Shown here: positions 26,596 through 41,139 of the stretch, one piece after another
Layout: each line of letters opens with the position of its first letter
How positions within the stretch are numbered: the first letter of the stretch is position 1
Origin: Eledone cirrhosa
Lineage: Eukaryota
Length of the DNA: 64,000 nucleotides
NCBI GenBank assembly: GCA_964016885.1
Contig: OZ024745.1
Span: forward strand, 126,480,001-126,544,000
Reading direction: 5' to 3'
Notes under the pieces: model-generated
The model's input: the letters and a program-made list of their open reading frames with translations, nothing else
Told to the model about the DNA's origin: nothing
Database searches by the model: none
Made by a program: the position numbers and the translations under genes

Positions 26596-27470
26596 TATTC
26601 CATCATTAATCGTTTATTCTTGTGGGGAATTTTATATAGAATGGTGTTTTGTAAATGACTAATGTAATCTATATAGTGTTTTTTTTTTGTTTTTTTTTTG
26701 TAGAGTTGTGTAATGCATTGCGATTTCTCTGATGAGGCAAGACAGGAAATCGAAGGACTTGTATGTGTTATATAACATAAATCAATATACATATCAAATC
26801 AATAAACCACATTGGTCATTACTAACTTGTTCGTGGGCTTAATGGCTTGCAGATTTTTAATTTTAGTGTGTGTGTAATACATTATTAACGTTAGTTTGTT
26901 ATTGGACGCAATAAATTATGTGTTCATAATAAAACAGATTTTACATAATACGGTCATTTATTCTATAGTTTGTATGCATTTGATTTATGTAATACACTTC
27001 CTGCGTAGTCTCTTTAGGTTTTATAGGTGTCTCGTCAGTTTAGAATTTAGGTTTTATATCACCATGACTTGCTCAACTAGTTTCTATACCAGACTCGATA
27101 TAAGTACAGGTATTTAGTACCGTCAATAATGTAGACGGACATGATGTAGCTGCTATTTTTTATATGAATTATTTATTAGAATGAAGTAATTGTATCGCTA
27201 GAATTTTTATTTACTTCATTCTGGATATTGAATGTTAATACATAGTTGTCTTCTAGGTCTTCCTATATTTCTTAATATCTTTTAGAGTGTCCATTATGAT
27301 GGATATTCTACCCACATACCTAGCGTATATCATAGACATGTCTAAAATGATAGTATTTCAATAAATGTGTAAACTAACTCTAGTAAAAGATTGCTCTTCT
27401 TTTAATAAAGTCGAGATCATATCTCGTTTTTGAAATACTATCAAATTATTCATTAAGAGAAACGTTTCTT

Positions 27471-27562
<92 letters not shown>

Positions 27563-27574
27563 ATAATAATAAAT

Positions 27575-27709
27575 GTGAAGACTAAAATCCAAAGAGGGCT
27601 CGATAAGGATAAATATATATCAAATATATAAGATCCACAGAGCAAATATTTATCAAAATAACAGATTAAAGTTTAAGCAAAGGATATTTGCTTAAACTTT
27701 AATCTGTTA

Positions 27710-27716
<7 letters not shown>
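27575..27716. repeat. (TA)n-docked element with 27-bp fold-back; related to 53448-53576
   Basis: AAAATAACAGATTAAAGTTTAAGCAAA ggata TTTGCTTAAACTTTAATCTGTTATTTT, plus shared GAAGACTAAAATCCAAAGAGGGCTCG. Confidence 0.75.
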
Positions 27717-28104
<388 letters not shown>

Positions 28105-28534
28105 ATGTCGTCCATAGAATCATTTGTTAATATATATACATATATATAATTGCTTCATTTATTATCTATAATTATAATCAGAATGTTACGTATATTTATT
28201 TCAGGTTTTTGTATCCTAAGCTTAAATCCTACCGTGGTAAACTTCACCTTTCATCATTCTGGGGTCGATAAAATAAAGTACCAATCAATTACTTAATTCG
28301 ATTTAATTGACTTTGCTCTCGCTTAAAATTGCTGGGCTTGGGTTTAAATGTCAAACAAATATTTACAATTATTATTTACGTTTTGAATTTGAATCTTGCT
28401 GAAGCCGAATTTATCTGTATCATATGAATATAAACATGCTTTAATTCTTACATGATTATTACACATTTTTGATAGATAATCATCATAATCCTGATCATCA
28501 TGATTTTAGGTAAATAATTTTCTATATAGATGAT

Positions 28535-28880
28535 AAACAAGGATATGGTCCGAACGTGGAAGAGCCGAACTCCCACTGTCATCGCCTCTATCTCTCTTGC
28601 CTTGCCCATCTCTCTGTATGGTGAGCAAATGGGGTCCCCCATGCTGGCCTACCCCATCCCCGGCGGACAGAATAGAGAAGGCGTTTCCCCGGAGGATGGT
28701 AAGGGAGATGCGCTGGAAGAGCCATTCCATCTCGCGACGCTCACACCTGCGGCTGGCCAGCTCAGCACCTATGGTGGTGAGTAGGGAGGTAGCCCTAGGT
28801 CCAAAGTCACCAGAAGTCTCCACTGCCAAGGGCACGACCGCAAATCTGTCGGAGAGCGACCGGTACTTATGGAACATTAG
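28535..28880 (-). mobile_element. CRE-like non-LTR retrotransposon 3' end (RLE C-terminus + UTR)
   Basis: KYRSLSDRFAVVPLAVETSGDFGP..WLFQRISLTILRGNA. Confidence 0.75.
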
Positions 28881-29563
28881 TTAAATATTAATGTGTTGAA
28901 TGGCTAACTATCTGAGTTTTACTGCTCCGTCTGCCTCCCCTTTTTCATATGATTATCTCCTCTTACTTCTGCTCACCCATGTTTACCCCTCTCTGCTAAG
29001 TGGCATATAAATATATTGTTTCAACAATTTATTATTGAAATATTCATTTATAGGAGGTTGTTTTTTCCGAATGCCATCTACAATTGCAATAAAGCATTAA
29101 CTAAACATTTCAGTTATTTCATATATATTTGACATAGGTTTATAAACAGTCATGACCTCGGGTTCATTGACATTGATATACAGACTTGACCCGGTTCTTC
29201 CCTTTCCTGCCGGTCACCGTGCGACCTCAGGTGTCATCGGTTCCCCAACTGTTGTTTTCCTCTGCAAAATTGTAAACAGTTTATCCTGCCTGATGGAGGA
29301 GCCCTGCGAGGTAGAGTGGTGAATTCAGAAGGTGTCTACAGCTATTCTCCGTAAGCAATGCATTCGTCATTTGGTGTGCGGGGCGCAGTTGAGATATACC
29401 TAGACGAAAAATAAAATAAAAAAGAGAATTAAGCAGAGAAAATGAAGGAGAGACAGACTCTACACCCCAGTTGGTCGACCCGTAGACACCCACTTTTGCT
29501 GATATATATATATATTTTACCCTTAATTTTTAATTACAAAATATTTATATAAATATAAATATG

Positions 29564-29670
<107 letters not shown>

Positions 29671-29702
29671 CTGGATTGCATTTAACTATTATTTGTTACC
29701 CC

Positions 29703-29764
<62 letters not shown>

Positions 29765-29856
29765 ACATATATACGTATATATACATATATATAGAGAGAG
29801 AGAGAGAATAAGTAAAAGCGAAGTAGTTTCAGATGTTCAAGTCCTTTAATAATAAT

Positions 29857-29930
29857 GCTGTGATATATATTTCAATGACGACACTGGCCACACTGTTCTG
29901 TGTGCGAGTGTCGTGACATCATCAGACAGC
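29857..29930 (-). ncRNA. Type I hammerhead ribozyme motif, family D (complete)
   Basis: RC: GCTGT CTGATGA TGTC-ACGACACT-CG-CACAC agaaca GTGTG-GCC-AGTGTCGT-CATT GAAA TATATA TC ACAGC. Confidence 0.9.
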
Positions 29931-30306
29931 TTGTTACATAATAAGGTTATGTTTCCGAGGCAATCCAAGTTGAATCGACATGGGAACGAACGAAGTGTGT
30001 GCTTTTGGGTTCTTCATCCGTTCCCCTGTGAGTACCAATTCACCCCCACCGGTCTGCGCAGGCGCACGTCCGAAGGAAGTTGACCATTAGCTACAACAGA
30101 TTTCAACGAAATTCGCTTAGTCAGTTCACCCTCTCAGCCAAACAATGACCGGTTTAGGCCTGTACCATAGTTTACTGCTACCCGTCCCGTCTGTGGCAGT
30201 CAGCCGAAAGCCAGAGGGGATGGGAGAGTGTTAGTTTTTACAGGTCACAATACTACCTCTCACCAAGCATCGACAGTACGACTGACCATCAACTCCCAAG
30301 AGAAAA

Positions 30307-30501
30307 TATACTTAATTCTAGGTATCATGGTTTTACATTGGAAGTTATGAGTGAGAGTTGGAAATAAAAATTAAAATCCTAAATCAAAAATCAGAAATTA
30401 TAAATTAAACAATTAAAAAATTAAAAAAATTAACAATTAGAAATTAAAAACTCTCACTCATAACTTCCAATGTAAAACCATGATACCTAGAATTAAGTAT
30501 A
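30307..30501. repeat. 53-bp perfect inverted repeat
   Basis: TATACTTAATTCTAGGTATC...GAGTGAGAGTT (30307-30359) vs 30449-30501. Confidence 0.9.
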
Positions 30502-30567
30502 ATGTGAATATCGAGTGAGTTTAGTGGGCCGGGCGCACCGAAAACGTTAAATAGAATAGAATGAATA

Positions 30568-30637
<70 letters not shown>

Positions 30638-30686
30638 AGTATGTATGTATACGTACATACATATATGTATACAGACGTACAGTAGC

Positions 30687-30745
<59 letters not shown>

Positions 30746-30881
30746 CAGGCACACATATATATATGCACGTATCAGTTTACCGAACATTTATTATAATGTT
30801 CGCTTTGTTCGTTTGTAAACAAACGAACAGCCTGATTTACGCCGTACAGTGTTTAGGCAACCACGTCACCTTTTTTTTTTA

Positions 30882-30912
<31 letters not shown>

Positions 30913-31052
30913 AAAGCAAAAGTAATATTTAATTTGTTGGTAATTCAACAAATAGATATGTTTATATCTGATTCGAAGCACTCGACGGGTTTTCTGGAGT
31001 ATAATATCAATGATATTAATAAATGGAAACGATATTTATAAATACATATATT

Positions 31053-31113
31053 TATTCTATTATATATATTTCAAGGGTATCAAAACTTTGGTGCGCCCTC
31101 ATCAGATAAAATA
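31053..31113 (-). ncRNA. Type I hammerhead motif, family A (left arm of inverted pair)
   Basis: RC: TATTTTAT CTGATGA GGGCGCACCAAAGTTTTGATACCCTT GAAA TATATA TA ATAGAATA. Confidence 0.8.
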
Positions 31114-31237
31114 CAAACTTTGTTTTATAAATATTGACATATCCAGGAAGGAGATCTTAACGGTTCAAGTTCTAGGAAAATCTTGAATCGTTAAGGAATC
31201 ATTCCTGGATATGTCAATATTTATGAAACAAAGTTTG

Positions 31238-31298
31238 TATTTTATCTGATGAGGGCGTACCAAAGTGTTGGTAACCTTGAAATATATATAATAGAATA
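31238..31298 (+). ncRNA. Type I hammerhead motif, family A (right arm of inverted pair)
   Basis: TATTTTAT CTGATGA GGGCG-TACCAA agtg TTGGTA-ACCTT GAAA TATATA TA ATAGAATA. Confidence 0.85.
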
Positions 31299-31339
31299 AA
31301 TATGGTTTTATAAATATAGTTTCCATTTATTAATACCAT

Positions 31340-31404
<65 letters not shown>

Positions 31405-31409
31405 TACGT

Positions 31410-31581
31410 TATTCCGGGTTGAATCGGAGGTAACCACAGTAGGTAAGGTACTCAACACATAGCAGAGTATAAAAGTTTTAATATAGATGAGATTCTATAG
31501 GACTAGAACTGTTTCATTCTTTAGAAATCATCAGATTTCTAAAGAATGAAACAGTCCTGTAGAATCTCATCTATATTAAAA

Positions 31582-31585
<4 letters not shown>
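31410..31585. mobile_element. Head-to-head inverted pair of HHR family B elements inside (TA)n
   Basis: Minus arm keeps CTGATGA TTTC TAAA GAAT GAAA CAG. Plus arm starts at GA-TTTCTAAAGAAT-GAAA. Centre at about 31532. Confidence 0.75.
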
Positions 31586-31666
<81 letters not shown>

Positions 31667-31851
31667 TATGTATTGCAGTTGTAAGTCTCCTAAACAAATT
31701 GATTAAAAATTATTTTCCTTTTAATTGAAATGAATTAACAGAATCGGAACATCTGGTGATCAAAACTGAAAGATCTGAACAACAAACGCCGCCCGTTTCA
31801 TTACAACTAGAACGTTATAATTCATAAGATTATTCAATCAGTTTTATTCTA

Positions 31852-32358
31852 AACTAGCAGTGATACCCGGCGTTGCACGGGATAAGGTACTTTGAAATAT
31901 ATTACCGCCTTAGCTAAGCTTAGTACTGCCACAACCACGGCTTGCAAAGAAGTAAGGGTCTGGTGGTACGTAAGTAAGCAACACTGTGGCTTAAAACGTG
32001 ACGAAGAAGTTATGTGCTCTTACCAACTGTTTGGGGAATGAGTGTGAGATTTGTCTTGAGCAAGGGTGGCAAAATAACCGGAGGCAGCAGACAGCCAGAC
32101 ATACAGACAGATATTATAAGGGCGCGTTCTAGACGTAGAGCGAATTGTAAGAAGTGACGTAATGCAGGCAGCCAGACATACAGACATATATTATAAGGGC
32201 GCGACGTTATATTTATGTATCTATCTAAAAAGAGAAAGACTAAGAATTATAGAGAGAGATCGCTAAATTGCCTAATGCGGTCCCTAGAGCATTGAACATT
32301 TGAAATTTTTTTTGCTCAGAACACACAGACAGACATCCTCTGTTTTATATATATAGAT
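31852..32358 (+). mobile_element. Non-autonomous Helentron/DINE-like element
   Basis: 5' ACTAGCAGTGATACCCGGCGTTGCACGGG; (CAGA)n near the 3' end; ends TTTTATATATATAGAT. Confidence 0.65.
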
Positions 32359-32432
32359 AACAAATCTCCAAATGAAGTGTTACTGACTCTCCTTACGTAG
32401 CTACTTTAACTCCCCTACTATGAATAATTAGT

Positions 32433-33122
32433 TACCATATTACCATCACAATCATTACCATCACAACCATTACCATCACAACCATTACCATCACAATCAT
32501 TATCATCACAATCATTATCATCATAACCATTACCATCATCAACACCACCAGCACCATCAACATCACCATCACCATACCATCACCATCAACAGCACCATCA
32601 ACACCATCACTACCATCACCAGTATCAATACCATCGCCATCATCACCATCACCATACAATCACCATCATCACTATCACGATTACCATTACTACCATCACC
32701 ATCACCATGACCACCACCACCATCATCATCACCATCACCACCACCATCACCACCACCAATCACCACCACCATCATCACCACCACCACCATCACCACCACC
32801 ATCATCACCACCATCACCATCACCACCACCATCACCACCACCATCACCACCACCACCACCACCATCATCACCACCATCAGCACCACCATCAGCACCATCA
32901 TCACCACCATCACCACCACCATCACCACCATCACCACCATCATCACCACCATCACCACCACCATCATCACCACCACCACCATCACCACCACCATCACCAC
33001 CATCATCACCACCATCACCACCACCATCATCACCACCATCACCATCACCACCATCACCACCATCATCACCACCACCACGATCATCATCACCAACACCATC
33101 ACCTTCATCACCACCATCACTA
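32433..33122. repeat. (CAC/CAT)n trinucleotide repeat
   Basis: Direct reading. Confidence 0.95.
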
Positions 33123-33334
33123 GGAGACCAACGATAAGATGATGTAAGAAATGTGTCAGCCACCAACAGCTGACAATCAATAAATAAGGCAAATGAAATG
33201 ATGATGTCATGTATTTCGGGACAGGTCAATGACCTGTTTATGTGGAGGTCACGTGACCTGATGAACGACTTGGTTGGCTAACCGAGACCTAACAGACGCT
33301 GTCTACATGGATCTACAGCCTGCACACAAACAGC

Positions 33335-33773
33335 CGTACACGTGCGCACACACACACATGCACACACACACACAGGCGCACGCACGGACGCACACACACA
33401 TACAAATATTGACTCACTCACATACAGAGATACATACGCATACGCACACACATGCACAGGCGCACGCACACGCACGCACACACACACACACAGGCGCACG
33501 CACGGATGCACACATACAAATACTGACTCATTCACACACACACAGATACACACGCACACATACACATGCACAGGCACACACACAAACACACACAGACGCA
33601 CATGCACACGCACACACACACACACACACATACAAATACTGACTCACTCACACTCGTACAGAGACACATACACGCACGCACATACACACGGTCACGCACA
33701 CACATACACACACACATACAGAGACACATACACACACACATACACACACACACTTATACACACTCATACAGAG

Positions 33774-33817
<44 letters not shown>

Positions 33818-33835
33818 ACAGACACACACACACAT
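33335..33835. repeat. Compound (CA)n repeat with recurring ACAAATACTGACTCAC unit
   Basis: Direct reading. Confidence 0.85.
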
Positions 33836-34094
33836 TTATTACTAATTCCTACTCATACATTATTTATCTCAACTATAGCCATTACAAGGCTCAAAACAAA
33901 CACATACAGTTACGTGCGTGCACACAGATACACACAGATAGACGCACTTACATACACATACATACATATACACACAGTGCTGCCAATGGCGTATCTCGAG
34001 GGTCGACGGGGGGGGGGGCGTCCGCCCCGGGGCGATACATTTGCCTTTGCTGTAGGCTATAAGCGTTCTATTATAATTGTACACAGACGAGTTA

Positions 34095-34138
<44 letters not shown>

Positions 34139-34280
34139 TTAAAGGATTAAACAAGGTTCAATGAATAAATCAAAGAATGAGTTTTACAATAGAATGGAAG
34201 CACTCAACAGTTTTGGTTTTCCGGAGTTATTAATATTAATTCAAAATATTAACAAAAATAGACATTCGTGTGATCAAGTA

Positions 34281-34347
34281 TATTTTATTATACATATTTC
34301 AGAGGTACTGAGCTAACTTCAACAGTCCGTCCTCATCAGATAAAATA
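34281..34347 (-). ncRNA. Hammerhead motif, family A variant
   Basis: RC: TATTTTAT CTGATGA GGACGGACTG..CAGTACCTCT GAAA TATGTA TA ATAAAATA. Confidence 0.7.
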
Positions 34348-34561
34348 AGATGATGCATGACATACCCTGACTTAGTAGATGGTTAAGATTCAGTCATGGT
34401 AGTCTGAATCATAACCTACTCGTTCCTATTACCCACTCTACTACCCTAAGTATTGAGTACTTTGGTGCGTTATGGTCCACCTGGTTCCTTACCACATTTC
34501 CTTCGTTATATATATATATATATATATATATATACCGCCGAAATGCTATTCCCACTGAATT

Positions 34562-34830
<269 letters not shown>

Positions 34831-35985
34831 ACATACACACACACACACAATACTACTTCCATACATGTATACAATATACCAACATCCATGTATACTCATC
34901 ATTTACTCACATTTCTATGATTTCAGATTGTTTTCGTGATTGTATCTTTAATATAGTTAAAGAAGATAGAATAGACACAAATACTCTCATACAATGTTAC
35001 TGTTTCTGGTATACAAGCAGTGCTGCACTTACCTCGAAGCTAAATAAGCTATAGCTTAGGGTAACACACCCTTGGGCGCCTCATTTATTAAGATATATTT
35101 TTATTTTTCTATTCGACAAATGGAATAATACTATTAATTAGTTAAAAGTAACGTTTTGTAACTAATTTAATTTCGTAATTATTAATAAATAATAATCGTG
35201 AATAATTATTTTAAATTCTTTTACCCGAATTTTTTAAAGAATGGCCTCAAATTTGATATAGAATAGGGCTTCAGCGGGTGAAAGATTGGCCCTCAATACA
35301 GGAAAACTCAGACATCTACATATTTTAATGTACCAAATTCACACGCATACACACGTATACACATATGCACATAAACACATAAGCACACATACGAACACAT
35401 GCACATATGCACGCACACTAATTCTCAAACACTCACACACACACACGCACATCCTCATGCTCACAAATTCGTTGAAGCATACCATTTTATAGATTCACAT
35501 GAAGTATCTCCATCTGGTCAATCTACCTCTCTATAGAGCTCTCTCTTTGTCTCTTATTTTATATATTAGAAGCTTCCTGTCAGATCACACTATTAACAGC
35601 GTGCGGCTATAGAGCTCTGACTCATATGCTATCAACGCTGGGACGACCCTTTGTTCAGTTATGTCACCTGCAATCTCCATCCTGCACATAAAGAACTTAT
35701 TGCTGTAACAATGCTCACTTCTTACGCAAATGCTACCATTCTTCACTCCCCAATATCTTCCCCTCACATACTTTATCTATGTGCAATATAGACATCGTAC
35801 ACTAGAGGTGCACTGCCACTCCAATTTCACATACTGTTTCACCCGCTCTCCTAAACACTGCAGTAACTACTTCGCCCAAACCTTCAGCCACAGAACGCCA
35901 ACGTTCTTGACACTAATTTCCAACAGACGTCAACTTTTTCCATAAGCCGTACCACATCGCAACAATCTTTCAGTGGCTGTGGAAA

Positions 35986-36152
35986 TACCGTATTTCCAGG
36001 CACCGAAGACGCTTCGTCTTCGAGGACACACCCTAATTTTGATAACCAAAAATGTTTTTAAAAAATGATAAGCAACCTTCGGCCTCCAGGACCCATGGCA
36101 GATTTGTGAGACTTATTTTAGGGAAAAAGTAGCGTCTTCGACGCCGGGAAAT
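35986..36152. mobile_element. pogo/Tigger-like MITE, right end disrupted by a SINE
   Basis: TACCGTATTTCCAGGCACCGAAGACGC ... GCGTCTTCGACGCCGGGAA. Confidence 0.55.
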
Positions 36153-36495
36153 TGTTTCTACTTTTGGCACAAGGCCAACAATTATCCTGGTCCTTTATTT
36201 TATCGACCCCCGTAAGGATGAATGGCAAAGTTAACCTCGGTGGGATTTGAACTCAGACCGTAAAGGGCCGTAACTCTATGCTGAACAGCATGGTGTCCGA
36301 CTCTCTACCGGTACTGCCAATCCACCGTTCTGTGGAAATAATGGTTTCTACTATAGGCACAAAGCCAACAGTTTTTTTGTTTGGGGGGTAGGGGAGTTGA
36401 TTAAATCAACCCCTGTGCATTACTGGTACTTCGTCTTATCAATCCCGTAGTGGTGAAAGGCAAAGCTAACCTCAGCGGAATTTGAATTCAGAATG
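36150..36495 (-). mobile_element. Two tandem SINE family 1 copies
   Basis: Reverse-complement matches at 36150-36328 and 36338-36495. Confidence 0.8.
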
Positions 36496-36545
36496 TGAAA
36501 ATAATGAGCACAGCTCCATATCCTGACTAAACTGTCATGCACATA

Positions 36546-36626
<81 letters not shown>

Positions 36627-37058
36627 ACACACACATACACAATCATACACACGCATACCCACACACACACAGACAAACATAGAAACACACATAAACACAA
36701 ACATACTCACACACACGCGTACACATAAACACAAATATACACACACGCATACACACATACAAACACATGTACACACACACACTCCCACACTCAAACACGC
36801 ATATTTATAAACACATACATTCTCACACGAATGCAGTCACATACACACACACACACACACAGATACACACATACACACACACACACACAAACTTCAAAAT
36901 CACGCTCCAATGAAAACAGAACAATCTTGTCTTACTCAACAATACAGACACAATCACAACTTATATCAACAAAATTATTTCTACTTTTAGGCATACGTTA
37001 CTAAGACTATTAAAGCTGCTATGAATTCTAGGTTACACAATCTATGATGATCTAAGGG

Positions 37059-37855
37059 AGGGTGTACAACATATTCCATTGGCGGGTCACTTTTGAACAT
37101 TGGAACAACTATTAGGGCCATTAATATTTATTAAGTACTATTCCAAAGATTCACCACAGTTTCTTTCCATAACCTGGAACTAGGAAATTATAACACACAT
37201 AACCCTATCAGTGAAGCCCTTTAGTATAGGTCAAAACCACAACTTCTTTCCATAACATGGAACTGGGAAATTATAACACACATAACCCTATCAGTGAAGC
37301 CCTTTAGTATAGGTCAAAACCACAACTTCTTTCCATAACATGGAACTGGGAAATTATAACACACATAACCCTATCAGTGAAGCCCTTTAGTATAGGTCAA
37401 AACCACAACTTCTTTCCATAACATGGAACTGGGAAATTATAACACACATAACCCTATCAGTGAAGCCCTTTAGTATAGGTCAAAACCACAACTTCTTTCC
37501 ATAACATGGAACTGGGAAATTATAACACACATAACCCTATCAGTGAAGCCCTTTAGTATAGGTCAAAACCACAACTTCTTTCCATAACATGGAACTGGGA
37601 AATTATAACACACATAACCCTATCAGTGAAGCCCTTTAGTATAGGTCAAAACCACAACTTCTTTCCATAACATGGAACTGGGAAATTATAACACACATAA
37701 CCCTATCAGTGAAACCCTTTAGAAAATTGTATTACGGTTACGAAAAAATTCTAAATAAGCCTACAAGGTAAAAATTATAAACGGTCATCGCGGGTCATCT
37801 CACTGGCCTGGCGGGCTGGATTGTGCCCCGCGAGCCGCCTGTTTTACGCCCCTGA
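37059..37855. mobile_element. hAT MITE with internal 83-bp tandem array (about 7 copies, 37153-37722)
   Basis: 8-bp TSD-like ATCTAAGG/ACCTAAGG. Period of 83 measured from TCAAAACCAC at 37231, 37314 and 37397. Confidence 0.85.
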
Positions 37856-38149
37856 CCTAAGGGATATCATATCCGTAACCTACGAAAAATCTCATACCAA
37901 AGACTAGGTTTCCTCTTAGGCGTCAGCTTTATAAATATCACTGGAGTCCAGCAATAGACTTACATCTGGGACGGTGCTACTGCCACCCACTCAAACAAGA
38001 AAAGTTAGCTGGTTTATTGGCAAAGACTCATCAGGACAATTCAACGTTTGACTCCATAGGCTTTCTCCTTTCTTTGCCGTTTCTATAGATATTACAACAC
38101 ATCTGTTCTTCGTAACTAGAAGCATACCTCGTCCATTTAAGGCCACCCG

Positions 38150-38425
38150 TTCTTCTTCTTCTTCTTCTTCTTCTTCTTCTTCTTCTTGGGAGGGTCGTGG
38201 TGGCAGAGTCCTCAAACACCCCTTTCAGCGGGTCCTCTCAGAAGCAACCGTCTCCAACTGATCCGGCTAGATCCCCAGGCGTAACCAGACAAGCTCATGG
38301 ATGTTATACCACCACCTTGCTCGTATTATACCCCTGTGTCTCTTGCCGGTTGGTTTTACCTGTAAAATATGTCCAGCTATCCTTTCCTGAGACATTCTAA
38401 CCATATGCCCATAGCGTCGGAGCTG
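38150..38425 (-). mobile_element. RTE-like LINE 3' end with (GAA)n tail
   Basis: QLRRYGHMVRMSQERIAGHILQVKPTGKRHRG; (TTC)n at 38150-38187. Confidence 0.75.
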
Positions 38426-38684
38426 TGATATCTTAAAACATTTTTTCATCGTCAGATATACAAATTTACTGCTTCTCCCCCGTCCTTCAGACACGGCAGA
38501 AGCCACTTGGTCCAATCCTTCAGCCATATATCGCCAGGTTTCTGGCCACTAATTACCAACAGGTGTCCACTTTTTCCATAAGCCGTATCTCAACAGTTTC
38601 AGAGTGATTGTGAAAATCATGGGCACAGCTCCATATCCTGACTAAACAGTCACAAACGCAGAGAGGGGAGAGAGAGAGAGAGGG

Positions 38685-38757
<73 letters not shown>

Positions 38758-39271
38758 TGTCCTGTATTGACATTTCAGAAGCAGCAGAGAGTCTGTTTAT
38801 AAACTCATTATTGATAGGTAAATCGAATAAACCGAATTGAAAAATATAACGTATTCTTGTATTCGATTAACAAACTACTTTATGTATAGATTTTACAAAT
38901 TATATCTATAGATTTTAGTATGTACTGTATGTACTAGATAAAAGTAAACAGTTTTCTCTCTTTACAATTTCTTGACACACGACACAGACTCACACATAAA
39001 CACATAATAACACAGTAAAGAAAATATACTTGCAGAGCAATGAAGGATTCACTACGAGGTTGCTCTATCTGCTAGATAAGTAACCAAATCACACTCAAAA
39101 TACACCACAGGAAAGGAATATGTAGTTTGAATAATGTAGTTCTAAATATAGTATGCTTGAAAAATATAACGAGGGAGGTATTTGTTAAAATGTTTTTGAT
39201 CATGTCTGACATTAAAATATTAAAACGTGAAACTAGTTATATAAACTGGCGTAATCATGTTTTCTACGTAG

Positions 39272-39372
<101 letters not shown>

Positions 39373-39864
39373 AAAGGTGGGGTTGTGTTTGTGTACGTAC
39401 TTAGATATTCTAAACACACAGCCATGCGGACTTTTTTTAAACTATCATATAATAGACTTCACGCCACCCGGCATGATTTCCACTATTATCCCTTCTTATC
39501 TTTTATACACCCCATTGTCTGCACGTTGGAGGGCAGTCCTTATTCTCTTCTGTTTTACTATTTCTCTCCTTTCTATATTTTTCTCCTTGTGCACTCTATA
39601 TTTGTATAATTTGCCTAAAGGCATAACTTGTCTCTACCTATTTTCCTATGTCCCAATGTGCACTAGAATGATTGGTATCGACTTTAAGATACCGAAACCG
39701 TAGTCATTTCCATAGGTTGCCAGAGGAGATAGGACAGTTCGTCTTTCCGTTGTTTTTTTCCATTGTCTTTATACTGAACGCCTCCTATTTTGAATATATA
39801 TATATATACATATACTTAAGATGACGTATGGTGCGCAAGTGCAGACAAATGCTGCAGTTACTAT

Positions 39865-40357
39865 GGAGGGGGTACACAGAACAATGGCTTATGCAAGTGA
39901 GTAACCGAGGAGAAAATAGAATAAGTTACAACGAACTGATTAGACTTAAGTCATGTGGTCAAATAACTCTTGTTTACAGTACCCACACAGTCCGCCTCGT
40001 TTCTTATAATTGTGTACTTACTGCTGTGACCTCCTCTACCTGTTTTGCTCGATGTTTTGTCCCACCACGCTTTCATATCGACTCTCTCCTTTTTTTCTCT
40101 CTCCCTTTCCCCCTCCCTCTCTCTATCCATCTGCTCGTTTTCGACCGTGTTTTACAGATGTCGTAAAACCCTTTTCGATTATCTCCCTTTCCCTTCTCGC
40201 CCTCACTTCCGGTTTCTCCGTCTTTCTCTCTCTCTCTACACTCACGGAAAAACATCGCTCCGCAGTTATTTAACCACGAGACTTAAGTCTAATCGGTTCG
40301 TTGTAAATTATTCTATTTTCTCCTCGGTTACTCACTCGCATGTGCCATTGTTCTGTG
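39865..40357. repeat. About 95-bp inverted repeat within a pyrimidine-rich (TA)n-bounded element
   Basis: 39875-39968 vs 40263-40357 (GTGAGTAACCGAGGAGAAAATAGAATAA..TAGACTTAAGTC). Confidence 0.8.
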
Positions 40358-40571
40358 TCCCGCCCTCCATTCGGTTTTTCCTCTTTCTTTTGTTTTCTCT
40401 TTCTTCCTCTCTCTTCACTATTTTTTCTTTTCTTTCTCTCATGGCCTTTTGATCGATAAAAAGCCTTGGGCGCGCTGCTGATCGATTTCAATGTCCTGTT
40501 TTAAGCGCCGAAACATCTATGATCGCAGTTAACAGCTGATGAAGGGTTTCTTCTCTTGTTTACGTCCATAT

Positions 40572-40634
<63 letters not shown>

Positions 40635-40832
40635 TATATGTATCTAAGTATCTATGTATGTATGTGTGTGTGTGCACGCTTGTACATACATACGTACATG
40701 CATACATTCATATAAATTCATACATATACACACATACATGTGAGCATATATACAATTATACATAAATACATATATAACGGTATATATACACCCGTATAGA
40801 TATAGAAACATGTATATGTGCACATATACAAT

Positions 40833-40898
<66 letters not shown>

Positions 40899-41139
40899 CA
40901 GACACATAATTATCTAGTTGGTGTTGTCTAAATTCCAATGAAAGAATTGTGTATGTGTTAGAAACCAGCTTTCTCTCTATTTGTGAGAAATTAAAAAAAT
41001 ATAACTAGAAAATCATACGCAACCATATCTAAGTCCTTATGTACCTAAATACAATTAATCTAAATATATATGCATTTAAACTAGATTTTTCTATATAAGG
41101 GTATGTCTGTATGTAAGTTTTTGTATATAATTGTTTTTA

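Noticed and set aside
26722-26760. CTGATGA GGCAAGACAG GAAA TCGA hammerhead-like string
   Set aside because: Stem II does not pair and there is no UH or stem I.
32569-33229. Poly-His / Gly-Asp ORFs (also poly-V/GS at 16740-17286)
   Set aside because: Trinucleotide repeats open in several frames on both strands.
37153-37722. Regular array resembling CRISPR
   Set aside because: Head-to-tail identical units with no spacers, inside a eukaryotic MITE.
38005-38042. Minus-strand GTC-CTGATGA-GTC
   Set aside because: No GAAA or closing stem II downstream.
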